Origin: Nemertoderma westbladi
Lineage: Eukaryota > Animalia > Xenacoelomorpha
DNA length: 48,085 bases
Direction: 5' to 3'
Assembly (NCBI GenBank): GCA_032718475.1
Contig: JAUCBJ010008777.1
Coordinates: 1 to 48,085, forward strand
Shown here: piece by piece, positions 35,790 through 47,298 of the stretch
Position numbering within the stretch: the stretch's first letter is position 1
Layout of the letters: every line of letters begins with the position of its first letter
Translations under genes and position numbers: made by a program
The notes under the pieces: generated by a model
Told to the model about the DNA's origin: nothing
Seen by the model: only the letters and a program-made list of their open reading frames with translations
Databases searched by the model: none

Positions 35790-36400
35790 GTTTAGCGTCA
35801 GGCCAAATTGTGAAGTTATAATAATAAGATTTGTTAAGAGTTGCACAAGTCAGTAAGTCTGTACTGAAGAGGTACCGGTACATAGCCTACAACCCGAATC
35901 CTAGAGTGTTGCTAGGCAACCGTGTCAACAACCCAACTCAATATCTCACCCCTGTACGCCACACTGGCTTAGACAGCAATAACAACAAAGTATCAAGTAA
36001 AAACAGTAAGACTGAACACTCTCCTTATGATCGGCCGAAAAGCTACACGTCGACAGGAAAAATCGCTCTGATTGGCTCAAGCCAAACAAAGAACCATGCG
36101 TCCAATGGCTGTTTCCATGTCAGCAACCAGCTGTTAGATGTCGTAATATGAATCATCACGGCTAAGCTGTGAAAGGGATTTGGTGCATTGTAGGTTTTTT
36201 GCCTTACCATGTCCGCCAAAACACGTATATAGCAGAATGACTTTTATGTCCGTTAAAACACCTATAACGGTCGGTACCTTGCGGGCGAGGGGAATATATA
36301 TACAGTTAGAGAACCTTTTAGAGTATTCCAGCGCCTGGGGGGGAAACTGGATTGCGAAGCAAAGGGGCCAGTTATATCCCACAGAAGCTTTTACAAATAC

Positions 36401-37057
36401 GTCGCCCATAGACACACCAGCAGATAGTTTACCAGCAACCTCGACCCTCTGCTCCGTTGTTAACCTTAAGTGACAAAGATCGTCTTCATGTCCAGCGTGA
36501 TTTGGGCGAAACATTACCTCAACAACACCTGATTTATAAAACTTGGCTGTAAGACCAGAAGGGCACACAGAATTAATTTTTACAGATCCCTGAATCTTCA
36601 GTTCCTTTTTTAAACTCCCATTACTCTCATAATATCCGCTTCTATAGCAGACGAAATATAGTATTTCGGTTTCACTGAAAACTTTTGGACCAGTTCTCGC
36701 AACGTAACGCTGGTTCGTTTTGGCTTCTTCATCAGACTTCCATTTAAAAAAATCTTCCTTGCCGTTAAACGTTAATTTCTTAGCATCAGGTGGAATAATT
36801 TCTATATGGCTATTGTCTCCATGTTTATTTCGTTGATGTACATATAAGTTACTCTTCTTGGTGAACGTGGTACCACACACCATGCAGTCTATTACTGCCG
36901 ATGGCGACGAGTCATCTTCGCTTCCTTTGCATTTCCTCTTACGACCTCTAACGGTAACAACTTCTTGATCGTGAACAGTTTTACGATGTTTGTTTAAATT
37001 ACCGACACATGAAAATAATTTGTCACAAATACTACAGGATGTGGATGAGTCTTCCAT
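36401..37057 (-). pseudogene. MULE-B transposase N-terminus with two C2H2 fingers; the ORF runs on into the BEL-2 LTR to 36134
   Basis: CSICDKLF..LNKHRKTVH, CMVCGTTF..LYVHQRNKH, YFVCYRSG..CPS..HAGH..LRLT. Confidence 0.85.
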
Positions 37058-37589
37058 TCAATATTAAAAGTTGTCGATGACAATAACACTGAAATACATT
37101 TATTGTTATAATACAAATACCTAACTGCCTAAATGTGTTAGTGTCTAACTCAACTGGCGATAGTAGTCAACTATTACATTTAAATTTCCCTCCATGGAAT
37201 CATTCAGTCAATGTTCCTTCCGGGACCCGCTTGTTCCGCTGTCAGCTTCTGCAGTACTGGTGCTAGGTGCTAAAGCAGAAGGCATACCGTCAGAACTGCA
37301 GAATCCGAGTCTATGCATTGCGTTATCACTTGGCTACCCATACGCGGCTGGTAAGAGGTGCGGTGCCGGTAAGGCCTGAAGGCACTATGCAGTAAGGAGT
37401 GGGTCTGTCAGTCTGTGCACTGTACTGTGGGTTGCTGGGTTGGGTATGCTGGTATGGTATGGTAATTAAGCAGTAGGTGGACTGGTCAACTGTCAACCAG
37501 TCCCGGCTCCCGGTATTCAGGCCTTTCAGGTATTTTATCAGTGAATATACCCAGATACGATTCGGTAGCCAGGTAGCTGCCAGAGCCAG

Positions 37590-38520
37590 GTAGCAGATTA
37601 AATTGGGTAAACTAGGTGCAAACGCCAACACCATAACTCGAATCCTTGCAGATACGTATGGGAGCCACTATGATTCTGTGTTACAACTGGGTCTCGCCGA
37701 TGCGATTGACGAATGCGATTTTAATGCCAAATTGCTATCTTTGCGAGATGTGAGATGTATGGGAGCATCTAGTACCTGGATACCATTTATGGTTTGAAAA
37801 GAAGCGTAAAGATATATTTCTAAACTGTGTGATAATATCTGCGCGTAAGAAATTAGATTTGAAGGACAGATTTTTTTCAAACCCACTCGAACTGAAACAT
37901 AAACTGCAAAAAAAGAAATTAACTGAGGAGTGTGTTACCAAAGAAGTACAGAATGTTACTGAGAAATTGAGGGATTGGTCGCAAGCGTATACTGATGAAG
38001 CAACACGGGCTCTCATTGGACAGGGTCGCTATCGGTTGGGTTTAGGTTATGATAAATTTTACCGTGAACCTGGACAGTGGTGCAAATTGAGTTCCGAGAA
38101 CAAGGTGTTATTAAGAAATTCATTTTTTATCATATAGTTCAATTGCAATTTACATGCAATTCATGTAGTTTGTTAGATCCAGATAGAGAGGTTGCTAACA
38201 AATATCTACTCATAGCTAAGGCGGATTTAATAGAATGCCCAATAAAAGTCACAAGATATGAGCAATGTCGAGTAAACTTCTTGTCGGGAACAGACATCAT
38301 GTTAATAAAGACAGTTGGTGTGAGAGAATTTGTGGGTAAAGATGGGAAACAAGTACGCAAGCCAGGGAACGTTTACTTACATTTCCTTGGTCAATGTCTA
38401 CGTGAATACGATCAGAAATTTAGCTATGGTTGTGTGTATGTGAAAAAAGGCACACAAAGGTATTTGTCTAAGTCTCAGACTGTCAGAAATCTTATCTGAA
38501 AAAGAAAGGACTCGTGTTTG
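37590..38520 (+). pseudogene. Degenerate MULE-A transposase-like fragments
   Basis: RILADTYG..GLADA..F..L.SL, FFSNPLELKH, ALIGQGRYRL, GNVYLHFL..CL in broken frames inside the MULE-A TIRs. Confidence 0.6.
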
Positions 38521-39862
38521 AAATTTAAAACAAACTGGAAGCCTCTGCAAAATTAAAAATTTAACTTTGATTGTTTGTGCTTTAATTTGTTTACAATTTG
38601 TTTAATAAGTTCTTTAATTTTACCGGTTGTTTTTATTTTGTTTAATAGCAGTGAAAGATGAGTGTAATATTAACCAATTAACCATGTTTTCCTCCCCCCC
38701 CCCCCCAGTGCTGTAGTATTCTTTGAGATAGTAATAATTCATAGTCTAGTCCCCGTCCCATGGTTTATTCGCGCATCAACGTAAGGCTGATAACTGGTTT
38801 GCTTGTCGTTCTCCTCCGATCCGGGTTTCTCCCGACTCGTCACCGCACTATAAGAACATCTCGAATATAACCAACAAATGTTGAAATTTAACCGGTGGAG
38901 ATGTGACGCCGTGGTTCCGGCTCCGGGATGCCGGGAAAATCTGCAATAAGATATGATATATTCTGTTATTGTTACTGTGAGAGTATTAACCTGACACGGA
39001 ACGACGGAAGCGGTAAGCAGTAGGCCTAAGTAGTAGTGTAGTATGTCGATATGCTGATATAGGCATTGTGTTGTAGTCGATATAGAATAAGCGAGCAATA
39101 TAGGCAATAAAAAAACGAACCAGTACTAACTGCAGTAGGCCTATCAATTAGGCATAGGCCTACCCTAATTTTTAACCTGCGGTATTTTTCACACCGCCGT
39201 TCTAATCCAAAAAGTTAAACACACCCTATGGGCGTTTTTTTAATGTAAATTTTCATATTATAGCTCGTTATTGGTGGTTATAGCTTGTTTATAGGAATTT
39301 ATAGCCCGTTATAGATCGTTATAGCCCGTTATAGATCGTTATAGATCGTTCTACCTTTTAGTACGTACCATAGTTTATGGGGTAGCCAATACTTCAAAGC
39401 TGCTTGTCATACTCATATCATCTCATTCAGGCCTTTGTGAGTGACTGTGGCCTATTTGTTTCGGTTTACATACACCTCTGTTGCAGTTTAACTTTATGCG
39501 GCTATTCAGCCATTGCCTCTAAATAATATGGAATGTTCTTATTATTGGTAGTTCATTTCTGTAGCCATAGAAGGGTATTATCATTAAGTAGATGCCCGTT
39601 GGTAGGTCGGCTTTTATGGACGGGGTCATGCCTCCCTCCAGACATGTAATTACTTTGTATTGTGCTAACAATACTCTTGTGTCTCCATATTAAATATCTC
39701 ACAAATTGAAATGTGAAACTTAATTTCCATGTTCCCGTCAAGATGTCTGTACTTGTAGAACAGCCATTGATCTGGAATTAACCCAGTTAGCTGATTGGCT
39801 GCAATTTGTTTCTGTTGATTGCTGTGTCAGCGCTATAACATCTATGAACCTGTTCTGTATTT

Positions 39863-39975
39863 TATCTCCGGGTCTGAGATAGTATCTCCGGGCCTGAGAT
39901 AGTATCTCCGGGCCAGACTTAGTATCTCAGGGCCAGAGATAGTATCTCCGGGCCGGACTTAGTATCTCAGGGCCT
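39863..39975. repeat. 20-bp tandem repeat, ~5.5 copies (AGTATCTCCGGGCCTGAGAT)
   Basis: Units start at 39881, 39901, 39921, 39941, 39961. Confidence 0.9.
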
Positions 39976-42125
39976 ACTACTACTACTACTAGGATCGGCA
40001 TGCTGCATTGCAGCTGCATTTTTAAGAATGCTGTGCCGGCTTGTCAACAAAATTGCACCGCAACAACTCCCTATCACCCATGACATTTGCTAGATCATCC
40101 GCATCTTCAAGGCCAGTGTCCTTTAAGATGCGTCTCAAGAAAGTCATGGGCTGTCCACCATGCTTATTCACTCCATGAGGCTGCCAAAGTACAAGATTAT
40201 GCACTGGCTGGTCCTCACGGTGAAAGCAATGTCCTGCAAAGCGGAGGCGATTTTGTTCTAGCTTGGGGGAACCAATGAGACACATCCAATGTTATATAGT
40301 GTCTGGTTGGAGATGTGTGCATTGTACTTGACACAATGAACCCGGCGTAGCATTCTTGTGAATGTGCCATCCACAGATTTGGTGTCCTCAGCAGTTAGAG
40401 CCCAGCATGGCCTCCCGTAGAGGAGTACTGGAACTACTACTGCTCTAAATAATCGGACCTTAAGTTTCCGATTAATTCTCGGTGACTTCCAAATCCTGGA
40501 AAGCCTATTCAAGGCTGCCCTGCCTATGCCTTTCCCTTACATATTCGAAGGTCCTCACCTGACTTCCGGATCCATGATCCCAGGTAACAGAAGTCGTCCA
40601 CATGCTCAAGCATACCATCCTTTGAGCTTATGCTCATCCGATCAGAGACTTGCTGAGGACTTTCAAAGTTAACTGTCAAAATTTTGGTCTTTCTGGAGTT
40701 AATAAAAAGACCAACACTAGAAGCAGCATGTTCTAATGAGCTGAGGAGCCGTTGGGCTCCCTCTAATGATTCTGAGAGTACTCCTAAGTCATCAGCAAAG
40801 TCTAGATCAGTTAGGTACTTGGCAGGATTTCCTCAACTTCTGGAGCCAGTAGGTGGAGTTATCATCACCCCATCATCATTATGATGATCTAAGGACATGC
40901 GCAGAACATAGTCAACAACAATTATGAACAAGAATGGTGCAAGTGTGTCTCCCTGGAGGACACCCCATAACACTTCAATGGTTCTGTGTCACCGTCAACA
41001 GTAGACACAAATGTTGTCGAACCATAGTATACTGATCTGATTGCTGCAATAATTTCATCAGGAATGCCATATAATGAAAGTATGCTGAACATACGTGAGC
41101 GAGAGACTGAATCAAAGGCCTTGAAGAAGTCAACAAAGATAACAGCCAGATGCCTGTTTTTCTTTTTTTGATAACTCAATTATCCTTCTAAGTGCCAAAA
41201 TGGGCTCCATGGTCGCACGACCTTTACGGAACCTATTCTGATTTCCACGGAGCAGTCTCTCAATGGGATCCCTGATGCGATTTAATAGAATTCTATTGTA
41301 TAGCTTTGCAGCAATCGAGATCAATGAGATTCCCCGAAAAGAACCATAGAGTGTTAGGTTTCCCTTCTTTGGAACTGGCACCAACTTATTTGTTTTCATT
41401 TCTTGTGGGACTCTTGTTGTTCGGTACATGTCTACTATGGTGGGATAGATGAGCATTAAACACTCAGGTATTTTAAAGACCTCAGGGGGGACACCATCTA
41501 CTCCGCTGGCACGATTGGTCTTAATGCTCTTTGCAGCAGCCTTCACTTCTGCAAAGGAGATATCGCCAATGGGAATATCTGGGAGTACAGGGAGTACTTT
41601 TACTTCTATAAAGTTATCAGGCAATACCCTGTCATTATTGAGGAGCTTTTCAAAGTGGGCTTTCCAACCATTGAGGCGATCGGCTGGTGATTCAGCCTTA
41701 ACCTTGGTGGTTGGTTGGCTTTTCCGCCCATTAAGCAAATTGATCGATTTCCATGCCTGGGATGATTGCCTGCTGTCGTCAGCATCATTGATGGCATCAA
41801 TCTGTTGGTTTATTAGCTCCTGTAGATTAACAGAGTACTGCCTGTTCAGGGACCTAGATGCAGCCTTAACTGCATTCTTGGCCGCTGTAGTCTGTTTGAG
41901 TCGGGACTCTTTCTGCGCCTTATGAAATTCATTTCGGCTCTTCTGAATTTTGTTGTCAGTCCAGGGGGCCTTTTTCCTGTTTCGAGGGTATACAGGAACT
42001 GTTTCTGCAGCTGCTAACTGAACTGCTTCTGTAAACGCAGTATAGCCCTCACAGTTATCTGCCGCCTCAGAGGCAAGAGCCTCATACCTGTTGCTCAGCT
42101 GTAGTGTGAAACTGGATCTCACACT
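39975..42125 (-). mobile_element. 5'-truncated RTE-clade LINE with disrupted RT and (TAG)n tail
   Basis: KASG/GVDGVPPE, PKKGNL..FRGISL, FVDFFKAFDSV, DLDFADD (~40790-40810), PVLLYG, RLRFAGHC; (tac)n at 39975-39990. Confidence 0.88.
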
Positions 42126-42204
42126 TGGCTGTTGTCACTTGGCTACAACACACCGCATCACACCGCAAGTCAACATTGCTGCACATGCATAAGTAACACA
42201 TACT

Positions 42205-42870
42205 GACTGTTCACCGCATTATTTACTTCTGTTATTAATTGTTATTGTATTGGTGTATATTGCTGATATATTTGGAGAATACCGATGAATAATCATAAAA
42301 CCCCCAATCTTCTTGATTACTGAAGGTTAGAGGAACAGGTTTACCGGTAGCAACTGCGACTTACATTATAGTGGTTTTTTGTGTGAATTAAATGCTATTT
42401 CATAATCCCTACATGTGTCAGTTGCGATCCTCCTTATATATGATCAAATTCAGTAACGGTCGGCAGGTCAGTGCGAAGTAGTGTGAAGTTGTGTGAAGTA
42501 GTGTGAAGGTTAATAAAGCATCTCCTAAAGAATGCGCTTTTTACGAAACTCAGTAGCCATCCAGTTGTGATTAGTATAAGTCATAACTCTGTTTTTATAC
42601 TTAAAGCGCCACGTCCTAAAGGAACTGTTAATATTTCCCCGAAAGTAAATATATTGTCAGAGATTATATAGTAACGATCAATCTAATAATACAGTAGGTC
42701 TACACTGCAATCACTATCAAAGCATCCGAATCCAGTCTCCCTTAACTGTGGGTGAATGGTCGCGCACAGGCTGGCTTCGGCTGATGTAACTTCAGTACAT
42801 TAAATAATTGATATACAAAAGACAATTAAAATTGGCAGGTTAAACTGCTAAAGGTCTAAAAGCGCGAACA
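42205..42870 (+). repeat. Third, 5'-truncated LTR of the BEL family
   Basis: Collinear with BEL-1 LTR ~3657-4348 and ends GGTCTAAAAGCGCGAACA; no internal region follows; left edge approximate. Confidence 0.88.
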
Positions 42871-43189
42871 GGTATACACCTATCTATAGTAGATAGATTT
42901 ATTTATATATTATGCAAACAATAGAAACCAATATATTAACTCGATACAATTATTAATGTATAGTAAGTATTTGCCAACATAACATAAAGGATAACCCCTA
43001 ACGCTTTGTAGATTATTTCCAAGAAGTTACTTGGTTACCAATACAAACTAAACTAACTACTATATATATAGAATAATTATATATAATTTAAACTAAATAA
43101 GATACAAGAAATACAAAATTGATCATTATTACTAATTATTGCACATCCACCTATTTAATATTGAACTAAACTAAATACTGCTATATTTT

Positions 43190-43555
43190 AGAATTTGCAC
43201 TGGTCTTGGAAGTGGGATTTTACTGCAGACTTAAAGGCATGTTCATTTTTAATATTTTTAATGTTATTCGGTAGGGAATTCCAATTATTTATTCCGTTAA
43301 AGAAAAAGGTTTCGCTTTCAAAGCATTAACAATTGGGAATATATAAATTTGATGTGCTGGCTCTGGTGCCATAGGAATGTGTATCACTCAGTTTGGTAAA
43401 TTTTTGACTCAAGTATTTAGGCAGTTATTATTAAAGACTTTATGTACATTGTTGAGCCGAAGCTGCTTTACTCTACTGTCTATTTTAATTAAACCAGACT
43501 GATTAAAATCTTCAGGGGTTAAATGGTGACGTGGTTTATAGTCATTAATAAATTA
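43190..43555 (-). pseudogene. CR1/L2-type LINE ORF2 extreme C-terminus
   Basis: Minus-strand translation HSYGTRAS...TFFFNGINNWNSLPNNIK..HAFKSAVKSHF. Confidence 0.65.
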
Positions 43556-44556
43556 AAATAAATCATTAAATATCACGACAAAGGTGAGGAAAGTAAAATT
43601 TTACGTAGAATCCATTTCGAAGGGTATCCAAAGCTGTAGTTGAGTGGATGACATTGATATCGATGGATTTAAAGAATGAGAAAATGTAAATTAACGATTA
43701 TAATATTTGTTTTTTTTGTATTTGAATTTGTTTTTTGTTTATTCCCATAAAACATAAATGACACTGCGTATTATTATAAGATTATTATACTAGTTATGTT
43801 GAAACGTTTTAGAAAGGTGTGTTTCGGAGATATTATGAACTTGATGATGTTTCGGATACATAACTCAACATATCATCAAATATAATTATGTTTTTCACAC
43901 CAGAGAGAGAGAGGCCTTACAGCTTATTAAATTAGTTTTAGTTAATCGACTTGGAATGTAGCGGTACAGGTAACCATAGCCCCATATACGGGAGTTGACC
44001 ATGATAGAAAAGAGTACGTACATTTTTTATATACAGTATGTCTCCGTCCATTTTACAGCTCAGCTATAATAATTGTAAATAGTTAAAGGGTTTACATGTA
44101 TTACACTCGATTTGCCATCCATGGGTTCCACTATAAATATTGTAAGAACTCCTTTATCATTCGCCGAATGAAGGTGGTATTTGCGATATATGTGGCGGCG
44201 TGGAAACAATATACCATCTGCTTGATTTTCCCAAGAATAAAAATCCCTTAGCCATTGGGCTCGGGGTTGAATGGAAAACAAACATATTTTATTTACTATT
44301 ACTAATAGTTTTATTTTTAAATATTAAATTATTAAAGTGCTAACTACTGTTTTAATAATATCCCGAATATTTTATTGTACATCATTTAAGTACTTTTTTG
44401 GTAAAAATGAATATATTTAGATGTTTAAATTAAAAGTTTGAAACTCATTCTATCTTATATATCATTTAATTTCTTACTAATTATAAGTATACTAAAATCA
44501 TTCGTTGTTACAAAATTGCACTAATCAGGTGCTACAAGAAGCCAATGCTGCAATAA

Positions 44557-44890
44557 CTATGGGTTTTCTGTTAGCCCAAGTATTCTTCCATCGTCCTTTA
44601 ATAGTTTGTTCTCCTGTTCATGTACTTGGTCCACTGGAAGTGCTGAAAATCGGCACAATGTTCTTGGTACAACCCAATCCCAATGAAGAAATTGTGAGAG
44701 TGTTGTGTGTGGTAGGGACTTCATGTCTCGAATATGAACACTGATCCATCTACAGTAATTGATCCAAGTCGAAATATAGACTAAACTTGTAGACATTCTA
44801 AATAGAGTAGAACATTTCTTTCACGGTGAGATCTAACGAATATTAGAATAAGAGCTTCAATCCGCATAACATATCAAAGAAATGGAATGT
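44557..44890 (-). pseudogene. Academ-type transposase remnant
   Basis: NYCRWISVHIRDM..LP, FSALPVDQVHEQEN..K..G.ILGLTENP; superfamily from recalled motif. Confidence 0.65.
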
Positions 44891-45332
44891 TGGTTTGATT
44901 AGATTAATATTTCTCCAGCTCTCTTGATCATAACCATTAGGTTATGATTAACCATTACTACCTATTTACAATACATTCGTCATATGCTTGCGATTGCAAA
45001 ATTTCATAATTGCATTGTATTGGGGGGACAGTCTACAGTACCAGTACATAGGGGTACCTTCACTAACTTATATTTTATTACAACTCCAAACAGTACTGTC
45101 TACCGTCACCTTTAATTCTAGGCCCTGCCTCCAGAGGCGTAGCGAGCCCTTCTGGCGTCCGGGGAATGAAGCTGAGATAGCCCCCCCCCCCCCCCCCTCA
45201 ATAATTTTAACTTTTTATTTATGACGTTTTTTTCTTAAATATTTTATATCAAACAGTATATAACTACTGTATATCAATTCTGATATACACAAGTTTGATA
45301 TCAGATCAACTATGATTTACTACAGTATGGTA

Positions 45333-46108
45333 CTAGTGTGTTTTGTGCACACCCCCCCCCCCCCCTCAAATTTTTTATACTAGCTAGTTTTTGTTACTTT
45401 GTTTTAAAAACATGTTCTAGAACATATAATCTATTAATTTAATATAAAAATTTTGTTCTAGAACAAATATTTTTTGTTCAAGAACAAAGAAATAGAAAAA
45501 AAACAAGCTAATTTGTTTATATTTTTCATTTTTTATTGTATGTTATCTTTGTATAAATTTTGTAAACTAGCTAGTTTTTGTTTCCTTTTAAAAAAAATGT
45601 TCTAGAGCATATTATCTATTCATTTAAATATAAAAATAAACAAAAAAAAATAAAAAAACAAAAAAACAAGCTAATTTGTAAATTTTGTTAATTTTTTATT
45701 CTGTGTTATCTTTGTATTATCAAATATTTAATAAAAATCACTATAGCTACAATGGAAACTTATAGTTGTTAGTAATAGTTTTTAACACTTACTAATCAAA
45801 TAAAAAACACCACAAAATAACATTTTTTTTATGTTCTAGAACAAAAAATATTTGTTCCTGAACATTACTTTTTACAAAAATGAATAGACGAAATGCTCTA
45901 GAACATTAAAAAAATTAAATAAAAAACTAGCTTTGATAACTTCAAAAATACCTAATTAGTTAATTTTGTTCTAGAGCAACAATTATTTATTCTAGAACAA
46001 AATTAATAAAAAAATGAATAGAAAATATGTTCCTGAACATTAAAAAAAAGGTAACAAAAACTAGCCAGTATAAAAAATTTGACGGGGGGTGTGCACAAAA
46101 CACACTAG
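45333..46108. mobile_element. TA-flanked foldback MITE (Tc1/mariner-type), 776 bp
   Basis: TIR CTAGTGTGTTTTGTGCACACCCCCC..TCAAATTTTTTATACT; TA at 45331-45332 and 46109-46110; long internal inverted arms. Confidence 0.85.
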
Positions 46109-46924
46109 TATCCGCGTATGTAAAGATTCCTCAACCATCGCATGTTTGGCAGTCCGTTTTAACTGTGTATGCTTTCACCCGAAGATGGATCGGTAGAGTT
46201 TAGTTTGGTGATTTCGTATTCCTGCATATTAACCTGCATTGCAGTCTAAAACATCAAAGCTGCAACCTGCATTGCAGGTGAATGACCATAGGTAAATCAA
46301 ATAATCCTACGAACAGGCTAAGTTTCTTGCTAGGCTTCTCCCATAATTATAATTAATGGGAGAGAATAAAATGTTTTCGATTTAACAATAATTGATAAAT
46401 GGACTTGAAAGAAGTACGCGTGCAGTAACATCTGCCATGGTAACTTGATGGGCGCAATATGTCATTGTAATATTTGAAACTTTCAGAAAAGAATCAGCTA
46501 TTCCCTGACTATATCAGATTCCACAAGAAGTTCAACCCAGCCAGAAGAATCTAGAATGTCACCAACACAAGTCCACAACGTATGAAGACCTCCCATCATT
46601 AATGTACAGTAACTTTAGTCTCACCAAGGATATTAGGATAGACCCATTGAACTTGTTTGCCTATTGCCTTTTGCCTATTGCCTATTGCCTATTGCATTCA
46701 ATGGTTCCCACCACAATACTGTCTATTGTCAATATTGTTAATATAATAGTTTATTGAAAAATATTATTAAAAATTAATAATATTTTTCAAAACTTCTAGT
46801 TGTCATTAAAAACTCTAGCTACCTTAAATATCACAAAATTACTAGCCACCATCTTGCTGTCAGAAGGTCAAATGTTTATTCTAGAACATAAAACCTCTTG
46901 GCACAGTAATAACTACTGAAATAA

Positions 46925-47298
46925 AGGCCTGTTTACACGGTGGCAACTTTTATAGAAACTTTAGCGGCAACTAGAAACCTTTTTTTTGGAGCAACTTAAT
47001 TTAATCGCTGTTTACACTTGGCAACTTAACCAGCAACTTTACCAGCAACTTGGCCGGCAACTTTTAGAGCAACTTGGCTAGTTTGACTGTAAAATAGTAG
47101 GTCATTTTATCTACTAGCTAGTTTTCAAAAATTTAATTTGATTATCCCGCATTAATTCGCCAACGCAAATTCCTTCAAGTTGCCGTAAAAGTTGAGTAAC
47201 TTTTACAGCAACTTTTTTACGTGTTTACACGGAGCAACTTGATCGGCAACCTGGATTGCTCTACAAGTTGCCGAGAAAGTTGCTCTAAAAACAGGCCT
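46925..47298. mobile_element. PIF/Harbinger-type MITE, 374 bp
   Basis: TIR AGGCCTGTTT/AAACAGGCCT; TAA at 46922-46924 and 47299-47301; internal GCAACTT repeats. Confidence 0.78.

Larger units (their letters stand above)
31610..35963 (-). mobile_element. Full-length Ty3/Gypsy LTR retrotransposon (4354 bp)
   Basis: 173-bp LTRs 31610-31782 and 35791-35963 (2 differences seen); 4-bp TSD CTGG; PBS; PPT GGGGGGAG at ~31786-31793; gag and pol ORFs. Confidence 0.96.
19994..36395 (-). mobile_element. BEL/Pao LTR retrotransposon BEL-2, non-autonomous (no RT, RNase H or integrase)
   Basis: TG..CA ends; 5-bp TSD AATAC (19989-19993, 36396-36400); near-identical LTRs; internal region collinear with BEL-1. 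Confidence 0.93.
30762..36395 (-). repeat. BEL-2 5' LTR split by the Gypsy insertion (30762-31609 and 35968-36395)
   Basis: The joined halves match 19994-21265. Confidence 0.92.
18935..37234 (-). mobile_element. MULE-B: Mutator-like transposon interrupted by BEL-2
   Basis: 117-bp TIRs 18935-19051 and 37118-37234; 8-bp TSD TCCGCTGT (18927-18934, 37235-37242); MULE transposase pieces between them. Confidence 0.9.
18658..39369 (+). mobile_element. MULE-A: Mutator-like DNA transposon, outer shell of the central nest
   Basis: ~110-bp TIRs starting GGTACGTACTAAAAGGTAGAACGATCTATAACG; exact 9-bp TSD ATAGTTTAT (18649-18657, 39370-39378). Confidence 0.88.

Noticed and set aside
3143-36395. BEL-1 and BEL-2 as one large inverted duplication or a DIRS-like element
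   Set aside because: Each has its own TSD and direct LTRs, they sit in different host elements and are diverged; no tyrosine recombinase.
36134-37057. Host C2H2 zinc-finger gene
   Set aside because: Lies within MULE-B TIRs and continues into the MULE catalytic region once BEL-2 is removed.
45131-45200. CAGAGGCGTAGCGAG as a hAT-type MITE terminus
   Set aside because: No matching second end or TSD found.
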